Shown here in pieces: positions 1 to 9,959 of a stretch of 64,000 nt of DNA. The stretch comes from an uncultured Lachnospiraceae bacterium (lineage in GTDB: Bacteria > Bacillota > Clostridia > Christensenellales > UBA1242), in contig CAYLHO010000001.1 in the NCBI GenBank assembly GCA_964383665.1, forward strand, positions 1,638 to 65,637. Reading direction: 5' to 3'. Position 1 is the stretch's first letter; every line of letters begins with the position of its first letter. The position numbers and the translations under genes were made by a program. Under the pieces are notes generated by a model, which did no database searches, was not told where the DNA came from, and worked only from the letters and a program-made list of their open reading frames with translations.

Positions 1-1
1 T

Positions 2-1186
2 TTAGTTATTAACGCCGGAAGCAGTTCGGTTAAATATCAACTTTTTGATATGGAAAACGAATATGTTATGGCAAAGGGAAATTGCCAAAAAATTGGAATC
101 CCAGGAACATATATCAGTCATAAATTTAACGGGCAATCTGTTAAACTTGAAAAACAACTTGAAAGTCATGACGAGGCAATTGCCTTTGTTTTGGAACTTT
201 TAACAAGCGAAAAATATGGTGTTATCAAAAACTTAAACGAAATTTCCGCAGTTGGACATCGTGTTCTTCACGGCGGGGAAATTTATAAAGACAGCGTTCT
301 TATAACACCAGAAGTTATGGCAAACTTGGAAACTCTCAAACCGCTTGGCCCTTTGCATATGCCTGCAAATATATCGGGAATTTTGGCTTGTCAGAAAGTT
401 CTTCCTTCTGCGCCTCAAGTTGCTGTTTTCGACACAGCTTTCCATGCGCAAATGCCAAAAGAAGCATTCTTATATGCAATTCCATATGAAGCATACACCG
501 ATTGGAAAATTCGCAGATATGGTTTCCATGGAACAAGTCATAAATATGTTTCAAACGAAGCAGCAAAACTTTTAAATAAGCCACTTAAGGATTGCAAGAT
601 CATAACAATTCATATTGGAAACGGCTCGAGCGTTGCAGCGGTTAAAGATGGCCACAGCATTGACACATCAATGGGTTTCACACCTCTTGAAGGTCTTGTT
701 ATGGGAACGCGAAGCGGCGACGTTGACGCATCGGTTGTTTCATACATTTCGGAAAAACTTAACTTGAAAGGCGATGAAATTGCAACATATTTCAATAAAA
801 AATGCGGAATTCTTGGAATTTCTGGTGTTTCAAGCGACATGCTTGACATTAACGATGCTGTTAAAGCAGGAAATGAAAGAGCAAAACTTGTTGTTCCAAT
901 GATGGCACACAGAATTAAAAAATATGTTGGTTCTTATGCTGCACTTTTAAACGGCGTTGATGCAATTGTTTTCACAGGTGGAATTGGCGAAAACCAAGAG
1001 GATTTGAGAGAACTTTCAATGGAAGGAATGGAATATCTTGGTGTTGATTTCGACGTTGAAAAAAATAACAATCTTCCAAGGGGAACAACCGAAGAAATTT
1101 CTAAACCAAATTCAAAAGTTAAGGTTTACAGAATCCCAACCGACGAAGAACTTGTTATTGCTCGCGACACAATTAATTTAATCTAA
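2..1186 (+). CDS. ackA: acetate kinase, 5' end outside window
   Basis: The frame is open from base 2 (LVINAGSSSVKYQLFD..., the N-terminal phosphate-binding motif), so the Met at 50 in the ORF track is internal. FHGTSHKYV and FTGGIGEN motifs are present. TAA at 1184-1186. Confidence 0.95.
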   Translation, partial: LVINAGSSSVKYQLFDMENEYVMAKGNCQKIGIPGTYISHKFNGQSVKLEKQLESHDEAIAFVLELLTSEKYGVIKNLNEISAVGHRVLHGGEIYKDSVLITPEVMANLETLKPLGPLHMPANISGILACQKVLPSAPQVAVFDTAFHAQMPKEAFLYAIPYEAYTDWKIRRYGFHGTSHKYVSNEAAKLLNKPLKDCKIITIHIGNGSSVAAVKDGHSIDTSMGFTPLEGLVMGTRSGDVDASVVSYISEKLNLKGDEIATYFNKKCGILGISGVSSDMLDINDAVKAGNERAKLVVPMMAHRIKKYVGSYAALLNGVDAIVFTGGIGENQEDLRELSMEGMEYLGVDFDVEKNNNLPRGTTEEISKPNSKVKVYRIPTDEELVIARDTINLI

Positions 1187-1205
1187 CAAAAAAATCAAAA
1201 ATAAG

Positions 1206-1233
1206 TTGACAAAAGGGCGTTTTATGATATAAT
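1206..1233 (+). promoter_or_regulatory. sigma-A type promoter upstream of rpmF
   Basis: TTGACA (1206-1211), 16-nt spacer, TGaTATAAT extended -10 (hexamer 1228-1233), about 45 nt upstream of the rpmF ATG. Confidence 0.6.
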
Positions 1234-1277
1234 AGCACAGTAAGTTTATTGAAAAAGAAAAACAGGAGGAAATAAAT

Positions 1278-1475
1278 ATGGCAGTTCCAAAGGGTAAGGT
1301 TTCAAAAGCTAGAAGGAATTCAAGAAATTCAGCAAATTTTAAAGTTGCTGCTCCAACATTAGTTGAATGTCCAACTTGCCACGAACTTAAAGCTCCACAC
1401 AAAGTTTGCAAAAAATGTGGAACATACAATGGCAAAAAAGTTATTGAAGATAAGAAAGAAAAAAAGGCTGAATAA
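1278..1475 (+). CDS. rpmF: 50S ribosomal protein L32
   Basis: MAVPKGKVSKARRNSR... N-terminus and CPTC...CKKC zinc-ribbon cysteines typical of L32. GGAGG RBS 8 nt upstream. Confidence 0.95.
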   Translation: MAVPKGKVSKARRNSRNSANFKVAAPTLVECPTCHELKAPHKVCKKCGTYNGKKVIEDKKEKKAE

Positions 1476-1489
1476 TTCAGTCTTTTTTT
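1466..1489. terminator. hairpin plus T-run between convergent rpmF and the 1488-1796 gene
   Basis: GGCTGAA-TAA-TTCAGTC stem followed by TTTTTTT (1483-1489). Confidence 0.5.
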
Positions 1490-1796
1490 ATGCAATTCCA
1501 AAAAGTTTAACAAAGTCTGCTGGGAAAACACTTGAGAAAATGTAAAATGCGGCAATAACTAAAAATAAAATTAATAAAACAATTCGAAGAATGCTTTTCC
1601 CAATTAAATTAACAACAACAAGCGCGGAAACAATTGTTAGCGCTCCATAGTTTTGAATATAATCGAAAAGCCCAGGTGCTTTCGCAACGAATTCGTCCAT
1701 GAAATGGAGGTTGTTGTTAAGCGAAATCAAAAGAAGGGCAATTAAAAGCAAAAATCCGGCAATTGAAACAATCCAGTTAAGAATTTTTTTAAACAT
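1488..1796 (-). CDS. small integral membrane protein, unknown function
   Basis: 102 aa with three hydrophobic segments. AAGGAGAACTT-ATG RBS on the minus strand. Confidence 0.7.
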   Translation of the reverse strand: MFKKILNWIVSIAGFLLLIALLLISLNNNLHFMDEFVAKAPGLFDYIQNYGALTIVSALVVVNLIGKSILRIVLLILFLVIAAFYIFSSVFPADFVKLFGIA

Positions 1797-1885
1797 AAGT
1801 TCTCCTTATCATATTTTATATTATCACATTAAAAAAGATTTGGCAATAAGTTGGGAATTTGTTGTTTTTTTGTTATAATGGAAAC

Positions 1886-2476
1886 ATGATAATCAAGGAA
1901 TCAAGTTTTTTAATAAGCGTTGCAAGCGAAGATAAGCTTCAAAAATTGAATGCTCCGGAATTTGCATTTGTTGGACGAAGCAATTGTGGGAAAAGTTCTC
2001 TCATAAATTTTTTGGCAAACAAAAAAGGGCTTGCAAAAACTTCGTCAACTCCGGGCTTAACAAAACTTGTTAACTATTTTTGGTTCAATAAAAATCAGGA
2101 AGATAAATTTGTTCTTGTTGATTTGCCGGGATATGGCTTTTCAAAAGCTGGAAAAAAAGCCCACGGTCTTTGGTCGAGTTTGATTGAAGCATATCTTCTT
2201 AAAAGCGAAAATTTGAAAAGAGTTTTTGTTTTGGTTGACATTCGCCACGAACCAAGCGACCTTGACAGAACAATGATTGAATTTTTGTATTACAATCAAA
2301 TTCCTTTTTCTGTTATTGCAACAAAGGCTGACAAAATTTCAAAAAGTAAGCAAGCATCGCAGGTTCAATTAATTGCCAAAAGTTTAAAAATTGCAAGTGG
2401 AAATGTTGTTGTTTCAAGCAGTGAGAGCAGGGTAGGAAAAGAAGAAATTTTAAAAATTATTGAAGGAAACCTATAA
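1886..2476 (+). CDS. engB: ribosome-biogenesis GTPase EngB/YsxC
   Basis: FVGRSNCGKSSLINFL (G1), DLPGYGF (G3) and TKADK (G4). The start is placed at the ATG for MIIKESSF, since the TTG at 1859 would add an unlikely leader. Confidence 0.9.
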   Translation: MIIKESSFLISVASEDKLQKLNAPEFAFVGRSNCGKSSLINFLANKKGLAKTSSTPGLTKLVNYFWFNKNQEDKFVLVDLPGYGFSKAGKKAHGLWSSLIEAYLLKSENLKRVFVLVDIRHEPSDLDRTMIEFLYYNQIPFSVIATKADKISKSKQASQVQLIAKSLKIASGNVVVSSSESRVGKEEILKIIEGNL

Positions 2477-2514
2477 AAAAAGAAAAAAACAAGAAATTTT
2501 CTTGTTTTTTTCTT

Positions 2515-3495
2515 TTATTTTTCTTGTCCCATGTCTTTTGAAACACAGGTTGAAGGTTGAAAATCGTTCGAAACAATTCTTGCAAGAACAAAGTCGATTG
2601 TTTTTGCGCAAACCAATTTGCAAGGGTTTTGTGGATTTTTGCTTTGAAGGCGATGTTGTTCCTCGCTTAAGAGAGACTTCAATTTTCTTTTGAAAGGAGT
2701 TTCTGGGGCATTTTTGAAATATATGTTAATTCTAGAAACCAAATTCGATTCAAGTTCGGCTTCGAATGGCTGAAGTTTTGTTTTAACAAAAGTTTCTCTT
2801 TCCTTAATTCCCTCTGGTTTTTTTGATGTTGCAGTTGCCTCTCTAAAATCGGCTGACATTTCAATAAGCATCATTTCTCTTCCAACAAGTCTTGCACCTG
2901 CTTCGTTTGCACGTTTTGTTGCGGAGGAAAGAAAACGCCCGGCTTTTTCTCTCGACATATTTTTAATTGCAAATTTTGGCTTTTCAACCCAAATTGCTCG
3001 TTCAAGCCTGCATAATGTTGCTTGGTCAATTTCAACTGTGAACTTTCGATTTTTCCCCGCAGGAATTGAAATTTTTGTTGTTAAATTTTGGGCAGCGCCG
3101 CTTTTTCTTAAATTTTCAATTGCGGCTTCTTGGCGATAGAGTTCGTCAACGTGTCTTTCAATTTGTTCGGCAACGCGCATTTTGTTTGAATCGATTTCAA
3201 GCCACGTAATGTATTCCTCAAAAAATCTTGATTCAAGAGTTTTTTGAACGCCTTTTTGAACGTCAATTTTTTGAGCTTTTTTAAGTTCGGAAATTTCTTG
3301 TGCAAGTTTTTTCGATTTGCCATAAGAAGTTTGATAGTATTCTTCCAAAAGGGCGGAGTAGGATTTTGCAAGAGTTTCAAGTTCAGCTGCAATTTCATTT
3401 TCGTGCGCTTTTTTCTCGCAAAGCATAATTTCTTTTGCGTCGTTAATGTATGTTCGACCTTTGTAGGCATATTGATTTACGCTTTCTTCGTCCAT
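2515..3495 (-). CDS. hypothetical cytoplasmic protein with coiled-coil-like E/K-rich regions
   Basis: Long ORF. The start is placed at MDEESVNQ because GGAGGAAAA precedes that ATG (3493-3495). No family motif recognised. Confidence 0.65.
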   Translation of the reverse strand: MDEESVNQYAYKGRTYINDAKEIMLCEKKAHENEIAAELETLAKSYSALLEEYYQTSYGKSKKLAQEISELKKAQKIDVQKGVQKTLESRFFEEYITWLEIDSNKMRVAEQIERHVDELYRQEAAIENLRKSGAAQNLTTKISIPAGKNRKFTVEIDQATLCRLERAIWVEKPKFAIKNMSREKAGRFLSSATKRANEAGARLVGREMMLIEMSADFREATATSKKPEGIKERETFVKTKLQPFEAELESNLVSRINIYFKNAPETPFKRKLKSLLSEEQHRLQSKNPQNPCKLVCAKTIDFVLARIVSNDFQPSTCVSKDMGQEK

Positions 3496-3623
3496 TTTTC
3501 CTCCAAGTTTATGTTTATAGTTTAACTCAAATTTAAACATAAATCAAGGGGTTTATTGAAAAATATCAAATTTAACTTGATTATTAACCTGGATTGTGGT
3601 AGTATAAAATTAGGAGATGAGAT

Positions 3624-5024
3624 ATGAAAAAGTTAAATAAAGGTTTTATGTTTTACTTTGGAATTTTTCTTGCAATTTTGGTTGCAGCATTCTTAATTTG
3701 CGTTGTCATCTTGGTTTTAAGCCCAGGAACAAGCATTTTTGGACTTAAATATTTTAAGGCAGATGAAAAAGAAACTTACAGCAAGATGCAAGTTTATGAA
3801 CAAACTGTAACAGCCGATGGTAGTGTTTACACTTTTAAAGAAGAGGCAATTATTGGAACAAGTGCCTATCCAATTAAGAAAGTTGTTATTTCATCAAATG
3901 CGCATGCAATTTCGCTTTTTAAAGCAAATCCAGCTTACAAGGATTCAAATTCTTTCTTAATTAAAGTTGTTAATTCAACAAATGGATTTTCAACAGAAGA
4001 AGATGTTACATCTTCAAAAAGTCTTAAATATTATTCCGACACGGGAATTTTGGAGTTAACGGCAAGCATTCCTCAAGGGTTCTGGGTAACCGGGAACTCA
4101 AGCGAGATAAGAGTTCAAGTTCCAATGTCATTTGAGGCATCGGGAATTGATCTCGAAATTCTTGGCGGAACGGGAAGCGTTGTTCTTGGCGATTCAAAAA
4201 CGTCTTCAAACATGAATCCAAATTGTTTAACTTTTAAGAGTGCAAACATTAAAGCAAATTCGCTTAACGTAACTGAATATGGGCAAATTGGAACTCCAAG
4301 TCAACAACACGATTGTTCGCTTAATATTGAAAATGGAATTTCATTAAAAACCGCAATTTTTGCCAACAACTTAACAATAAAATCAAATGGCGGAGCTTTG
4401 AGTATAAGAAAAGATGAGCTTGCGATAAGCGCATTAAACGATGTCACATTCGAAACAAAGAATGTAACAGGGGCTTGTGGAAATGTTATTTGTCAAAACC
4501 TTAATTTAATTAACATTTATGGGTCGCAAAAATTTGGAAATGTTAAGGGCAACATCATAATTTCCAAGAGCAGTAGAAATTGCGATTACAAATTTGATTC
4601 TGTTGAAACCTTAACTGCAGGATCGGCTCAAGAAGGCGAAACTCCAGAGAAAAAAGCAGAAGGCTGCAATATTGTTATTAACAAGTGTGCAGATGTCGTT
4701 TTCGATATCCACACAACAGGAACAGTAACAATTAATCAAAAAGTTAATATGAATGAAACATTAACTCTTTCTCCATCTGTTGCGGGTTACTTTGAAACAA
4801 CAAAAATTATTAAGGGCGCAAGTTACACATTCTCCTGCACAGAAAATATTGTTGAAGGAATTACTCAAAGAACATTCAAAATAACTTCATCGCTTGGTGG
4901 GGAGGAAAGTGTTTCGTTTAATGATGGTGAAACGTACACAGAGTTTAATTCATCAATTGATGGAATAAGCTTTAAAGTGGCTTTCCTAGCAAAAGACTCA
5001 TGGAAAATTTCCGCAACAAGATAA
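3624..5024 (+). CDS. membrane-anchored extracellular beta-rich protein (DUF4097-like putative adhesin by eye)
   Basis: N-terminal TM helix FYFGIFLAILVAAFLICVVILVL. The remainder is S/T/N/G-rich with repeated short strand-like units (NLTIKSNGGALSI, GNVKGNIIISKSS). AGGAG RBS. Confidence 0.7.
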   Translation: MKKLNKGFMFYFGIFLAILVAAFLICVVILVLSPGTSIFGLKYFKADEKETYSKMQVYEQTVTADGSVYTFKEEAIIGTSAYPIKKVVISSNAHAISLFKANPAYKDSNSFLIKVVNSTNGFSTEEDVTSSKSLKYYSDTGILELTASIPQGFWVTGNSSEIRVQVPMSFEASGIDLEILGGTGSVVLGDSKTSSNMNPNCLTFKSANIKANSLNVTEYGQIGTPSQQHDCSLNIENGISLKTAIFANNLTIKSNGGALSIRKDELAISALNDVTFETKNVTGACGNVICQNLNLINIYGSQKFGNVKGNIIISKSSRNCDYKFDSVETLTAGSAQEGETPEKKAEGCNIVINKCADVVFDIHTTGTVTINQKVNMNETLTLSPSVAGYFETTKIIKGASYTFSCTENIVEGITQRTFKITSSLGGEESVSFNDGETYTEFNSSIDGISFKVAFLAKDSWKISATR

Positions 5025-5217
5025 CTTAAATCAAAACAATTTAAAACCACCAGCCAAACAGCTGATGGTTTTTTAGTGTAATTTCAGAGGCTCAATCGAA
5101 AAAAGTAACAAAAATTAAAATTTTGTAGTTGATGTTATTAACACGATAAAGGCTGTTATCAGGTTGCTTTTTTCTCATTTTTATGTTATATTAACTTTGA
5201 TTTTGTTAAAACGTTGT

Positions 5218-5292
5218 GTTCCCTTAGTTCAATGGATAGAACAAGGACCTCCTAAGTCCTAGATCTGGTTTCGACTACCGGAGGGAACGCCA
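5218..5292 (+). tRNA. tRNA-Arg (anticodon CCT)
   Basis: Cloverleaf folded by hand. Acceptor GTTCCCT/AGGGAAC, anticodon stem AGGAC/GTCCT with loop CT-CCT-AA, T-arm CTGGT-TTCGACT-ACCGG, discriminator G, encoded CCA. Confidence 0.9.
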
Positions 5293-5560
5293 AGTTAATT
5301 TTTTCTAGCAGCCAAAGTTTTTTAAATGGTTGTTTTTTTGTTGGGAATGTGATATATTTACTGTGACAGAAGCACATTATGAGGGATACGTTTAGGGTAA
5401 TCGAATTGATGCGTAATGTGCGATAAATTTAGGCAACAGATTTAACACATTGCGTGTTATGGATTCATAAGTAATTTAAGCTGGAGATTTTAACTGAAAG
5501 AGTTTTCGCAACATTGAAACAGACATCTGATTTTTATAAAAAACAAAGGGAGGAGTTTTT

Positions 5561-7066
5561 ATGAAAACAAAAAATTTATTTACATCACTTGCAGTCATGC
5601 TTTTGGTTGTTTTAAGCGTGACGGTGCTTACGGCGTGCGCGGCGAAGCATAACATAAGCACTGAATGGACTTATGACGAAACAAACCACTGGCATGTGTG
5701 TACAACAGAGGGGCACACGGATGTTGAAGATTTTGGAGCGCATAGTTTTGTTGACGGCGCAACAAGAAAATGCAGCGTTTGCGGATATGAAATTCAATTC
5801 ACTGAGGGGGATAATTTCTCCTATTGGCTTGCGGGAAGAGATGACGCAAAGAACAACAAACATTCTGAATATTCTTATAAATATTTATCGTCCTTCTATC
5901 TAGGTGAAACTCTTTACATTCAAGAATCTGAGGAAGAGGCTTTTGCGGCAGGGAAAATGTTTGAAAAGAAGAAATATGAAATTCTCGACGACAAAGCAGG
6001 TGTTATGCTTACAGAAAGAGAAGTTATTTCTGCAGTTAAAAACGTTACGGTTGATGGCGCTCAACGCACAAAGGTTTACACATATTCAAAAAGCTATAAT
6101 TCAGAGCCTACAATTCAAGCAAGTTATGAATGGCCAGATTTGTTGGAAAAATATGGCTATTTCAATGGTCAATATTTAATTCAAAATTATCTTGAGGATT
6201 ATTGTATTAACGAAGGAACCACATGGGCGGAAATATGCGCGGAAATTAACGAAGGGTTGGAAGATGAATATGGCGTTGAAGCCGATTCAATTACCTTAAC
6301 TCGAAACAGCGATGGTTCTGTTACATTAGCTTATACATTGACTTGCACAGATAACCTTGGGCTTGCAGAAGAAGGCTATCAAAACTCGCGAATGGAATGC
6401 ATTGGAAACATAATTGTTAAAGACGGGAAAATTATTGAGTTAAAAAATGAATCGGTTGTGAACAACATTTTCACCGACGAAAGCAAAAATAATCAATACA
6501 CAATTTTGGATAGTCTTGTTGTTTCATATGTTTTCGATGACGAAACCTACGACGCAATTTCTGTTGAAACTGAAACGACAACAAACAACTTAACTGGCGA
6601 TGTTACATTTGTTGTTGAGGGTTGCTCTGACCATCGTCTATCTCTCAGCAAACTTGTTGGAGAAACTTTGACACCTGCAGAAGTTAGAGAATCGATTAAT
6701 TCAAATTTGGAATTTCTTATTGTAAGTTCTGGCGATGATAAATCCAAGTACTATGAAATTTACACAGACGAAGAAATGACACAACATTTCACAGGCGAAA
6801 CAATGACAAGGGAAATGACTCTTTATGTTAAACTTGTTCCACCAAGCGATAAGGCGATTGTTGTAACTTACTTCCACAGAGGCGATCGAACTGCAATTAA
6901 ATTGATTTATGCAACATATGACGAGGGTTATGTTTACAACCAACAAACGCATTTCTCCGATTACCCAATCATTTCAATTGACGGGGAACAAAAAACTTCG
7001 GTAACCTGCGTTGGGGGAAGCGTTCACAAGGTTGTTTACCAAGCTCCTGACAACTTAATATTTTAG
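5561..7066 (+). CDS. lipoprotein with N-terminal His/Trp/Cys module, otherwise unknown
   Basis: Signal peptide with LTAC lipobox (Cys25), then HN-S--W-6-HWHVCT...CSVCGYE. GGGAGG RBS. Confidence 0.8.
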   Translation: MKTKNLFTSLAVMLLVVLSVTVLTACAAKHNISTEWTYDETNHWHVCTTEGHTDVEDFGAHSFVDGATRKCSVCGYEIQFTEGDNFSYWLAGRDDAKNNKHSEYSYKYLSSFYLGETLYIQESEEEAFAAGKMFEKKKYEILDDKAGVMLTEREVISAVKNVTVDGAQRTKVYTYSKSYNSEPTIQASYEWPDLLEKYGYFNGQYLIQNYLEDYCINEGTTWAEICAEINEGLEDEYGVEADSITLTRNSDGSVTLAYTLTCTDNLGLAEEGYQNSRMECIGNIIVKDGKIIELKNESVVNNIFTDESKNNQYTILDSLVVSYVFDDETYDAISVETETTTNNLTGDVTFVVEGCSDHRLSLSKLVGETLTPAEVRESINSNLEFLIVSSGDDKSKYYEIYTDEEMTQHFTGETMTREMTLYVKLVPPSDKAIVVTYFHRGDRTAIKLIYATYDEGYVYNQQTHFSDYPIISIDGEQKTSVTCVGGSVHKVVYQAPDNLIF

Positions 7067-7116
7067 GATTTAAAAAAAATAGGCGCAAGAAAGTGCCTAT
7101 TTTTTTATTATTCTTT

Positions 7117-9000
7117 TTACCATCTTCTTCGTTTTTTCTTGACAATTGGAATTGTTATTCCTGCAATTGAGGCAACCAATGCAATCGACCCGCCAACGCC
7201 AATAACAATATACAGAGTTTTTGGCGAACTTCCCTTGCTTGGAGTTTCCTTAATTGGAACGACCTCGGTTTTTAAAATTTCATGGCAACTTGTGCATTCT
7301 TTGTGCTTGTTTCCGGTTTCGGTTGTTGTTGAATCTTTGTCCAAAATCCATTCGCTTTCAGTATGGTCAATTTTGGGAATTACTGTTTGTGGTTGCAAAA
7401 CCTTGTTGCAGTTTGAGCAAGCCGAACCGTCGGTTAAACCTTCTTTTTTGCACGTTGCCGGAGTTCCAGAAACAAGAGCTGGGGAATGGCCTTTTAGGGC
7501 AATAATTGTTTCGGAATATGATATTTCCGAGTTGTCGCTTAAAAAATATTTATTGCAGGAAGAGCATTTGTAATATTCAATGTTGCCAAGAGAAGAGCAG
7601 GTTGAATCTTTGAAATCAACTTTTGTTAAAGAATGAGTGTGGGCGCTTGAGATGTCGGTTCCGCTGATTTTAAAGGTTAATTCATCGTTTGTTAAGGTTA
7701 AAACCTCAACCGACAAATTGCTTGTTATTTGAAGACTTTCGCCTGCTGCAAGCGCGGAATCGGATTTCGTTGAGTATTGCCCGCCCAAAACCTCATAATC
7801 CCAATTGTTCTTTGTTGAATTAAGATTGTTTGGGAAGGTTGTATTCGCATTAATCAAAAAACAAACAAGCCCGCTTTTAATTGTTATGGTTTTTAAGGGC
7901 GCGCCGTTAGTGTCGTAAAGTGTTTTTTCTTGAGTGTCGTACTTATTGGTTGTTCCGTTGAACTTCCGATATTCCAAATATAAAATTTTGTTTGTGCTTG
8001 GAATTTTAAGTTTATAGCAAATGACGTCGTTTGTTGGCTCGCTTGACGTAACTTTAATTGTGTATTGTCCTTGGGAGGTTATTGTTTGAACATTTCCTTC
8101 GTTAAGCCAACCTAAAACCTCGCGTTCCTTTGCGGAGATGTATTGAGGAACAGGCGAAATTGCATTCGACATTGCCGACATATACCAAACGGGCGAGTTG
8201 CTTGAAGCGTTGTATAAATCTTTCAGCCCAAAAATATGTCCCATTTCATGAATCATTGTTTTTAAGTTTCCAAATTTTGCCGATGAAGTTGTTGAGTAGC
8301 AATAACGATAGTCATAGGTTTGTTGAACATATGCTTTGCTTGTTATTTTCCCACTTGACCCATTAAGATTAACCATGTCGCAATAGGATTGATAGTTCCA
8401 AAGACACCCTTTCCAAGCGCCGCTGAAATCAGTTGAATATTTGTAAATTATTGTTATGCTGTCGATGTTTCCATCGTTGTTCTTGTCTAAATCGTCAATT
8501 GTGAATTTTTGGGATTGATTAACGTCACTTATTTTGCAGTCGTTTTCAAGTGCAGTTTGGATTGCATTCGACCAATCATGTTTAAGTTCATTTAATCTAA
8601 ATTCATATTGATCTGACGTGTATCCAATTTGATTGCCATCTTTGTTTTCATAGTAGTAGCCGCGTTTGTTCTCGAGAGTTAGCGAGCCTCCGTCTTTATC
8701 CAGCAAGTATACATTCTGCATGTTTATTTTTCCATTTGAAACTTTGTTGAAATAGTCTTTAACAGAGTAGGTTGAATTGGAGTAGCTGTTGTCGATAAGT
8801 TGTTTAACAGTTGTTCCACCAATTGAGTTGTTAACAAACTCTTCTTCGTCTTTAAACTTTGCAAAAACAATTAAATTTGTGAAATTAATTTGGGAAGATT
8901 TTTCGCTTGCATAAACAGGAAGTGGGTTAGTTTGCAGAAAAATTGCTCCAAAGAAGCTTAAGATTAAAATTAAATTAAAAATTAAATAATGTTTTTTCAT
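7117..9000 (-). CDS. secreted, C-terminally membrane-anchored zinc metalloprotease, M6 (immune inhibitor A)-like
   Basis: Signal peptide. HEMGHIFGLKDLY (HExxH encoded at 8236-8250). C-terminal Cys/His-rich modules, a TM helix and a KKKRRRW stop-transfer tail. Confidence 0.75.
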   Translation of the reverse strand: MKKHYLIFNLILILSFFGAIFLQTNPLPVYASEKSSQINFTNLIVFAKFKDEEEFVNNSIGGTTVKQLIDNSYSNSTYSVKDYFNKVSNGKINMQNVYLLDKDGGSLTLENKRGYYYENKDGNQIGYTSDQYEFRLNELKHDWSNAIQTALENDCKISDVNQSQKFTIDDLDKNNDGNIDSITIIYKYSTDFSGAWKGCLWNYQSYCDMVNLNGSSGKITSKAYVQQTYDYRYCYSTTSSAKFGNLKTMIHEMGHIFGLKDLYNASSNSPVWYMSAMSNAISPVPQYISAKEREVLGWLNEGNVQTITSQGQYTIKVTSSEPTNDVICYKLKIPSTNKILYLEYRKFNGTTNKYDTQEKTLYDTNGAPLKTITIKSGLVCFLINANTTFPNNLNSTKNNWDYEVLGGQYSTKSDSALAAGESLQITSNLSVEVLTLTNDELTFKISGTDISSAHTHSLTKVDFKDSTCSSLGNIEYYKCSSCNKYFLSDNSEISYSETIIALKGHSPALVSGTPATCKKEGLTDGSACSNCNKVLQPQTVIPKIDHTESEWILDKDSTTTETGNKHKECTSCHEILKTEVVPIKETPSKGSSPKTLYIVIGVGGSIALVASIAGITIPIVKKKRRRW

Positions 9001-9158
9001 TGGGATTTTCCTGTAAATTTATTTTCAAATTAAGTATATAACTTTTTGCATAAAAAATACAAATTAAAAACAATATAATTTAATTATTAAAACAAAATAA
9101 AAAATAATTTTCAAAATAAATAAAAAAATAATAAAAAACAGCTTTTTAACGGCTGTTT

Positions 9159-9821
9159 TTATAAAAATTTAATTATTTCGCTTAAATTATTGCAAATTTC
9201 AATATAATTTGTCCAATATTTTTTATTTTTAAAATCGGCGTCTTCTGGATTTATGCAAAGAGTTCGCGCGCCTGAAAGATAGACGGTTTGATCGTTGCTT
9301 CCATTTCCAACAAAAAGAATTTCATCGCCGGAAAAATTATTTTCTTTTTTAATTTGTTCAACATATTTATGTTTGTTGTCAAGAGGCTCAGATTTTCGTT
9401 CGATGCTTTCGAAGTTTTTGTTGTTAAAAATGAAATTATATCCCTCAATTCGCGTAACTAAATTTCTAAGGTTTTTAAGTTTAAAATCAATTATATTTCG
9501 AACGCCGCCCGAAATTATGTAAATCTTAATTTTATTGTCATTAAAAAATTTAAAAGCGTCTTCAATTCCGCTTATGAGGGTTATTTCATTTGCAAGGTTT
9601 TCGCAAACTGTTTCTTGAAGGTTGAGTTCAACAAATCTTTCCTCAATAAGCTTAATCCAAGTTTCGTCGTCTATTTCGCCGCTTGCAAACATATTATATA
9701 ATTTGTTGTCGGTTTCAACATCGTCAAGAGCGCGCCAAACTCGCCCCCAACTGCTTGTTGAATTGTTTTCGTTAAGGGTTAAAGTTCCGTCGAAATCGAA
9801 AATTATTGCCTTTGTTTTCAT
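9159..9821 (-). CDS. HAD-superfamily hydrolase (subfamily IB / phosphoserine-phosphatase-like)
   Basis: IIFDFDGTLT motif I, ISGG motif II, GNGSNDQ motif III/IV. Confidence 0.8.
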   Translation of the reverse strand: MKTKAIIFDFDGTLTLNENNSTSSWGRVWRALDDVETDNKLYNMFASGEIDDETWIKLIEERFVELNLQETVCENLANEITLISGIEDAFKFFNDNKIKIYIISGGVRNIIDFKLKNLRNLVTRIEGYNFIFNNKNFESIERKSEPLDNKHKYVEQIKKENNFSGDEILFVGNGSNDQTVYLSGARTLCINPEDADFKNKKYWTNYIEICNNLSEIIKFL

Positions 9822-9959
9822 AAATTTATGATAGCATATGTATAGTTTTTTTTCAAGAAAATTTTCGGCAAAAAAATTTAAAAAACTCTTGCAAAAATTT
9901 TTTTTAAGTGATATATATATGTGTTAAATATATAAAATCATATTTTAGGAGATGAGAAA

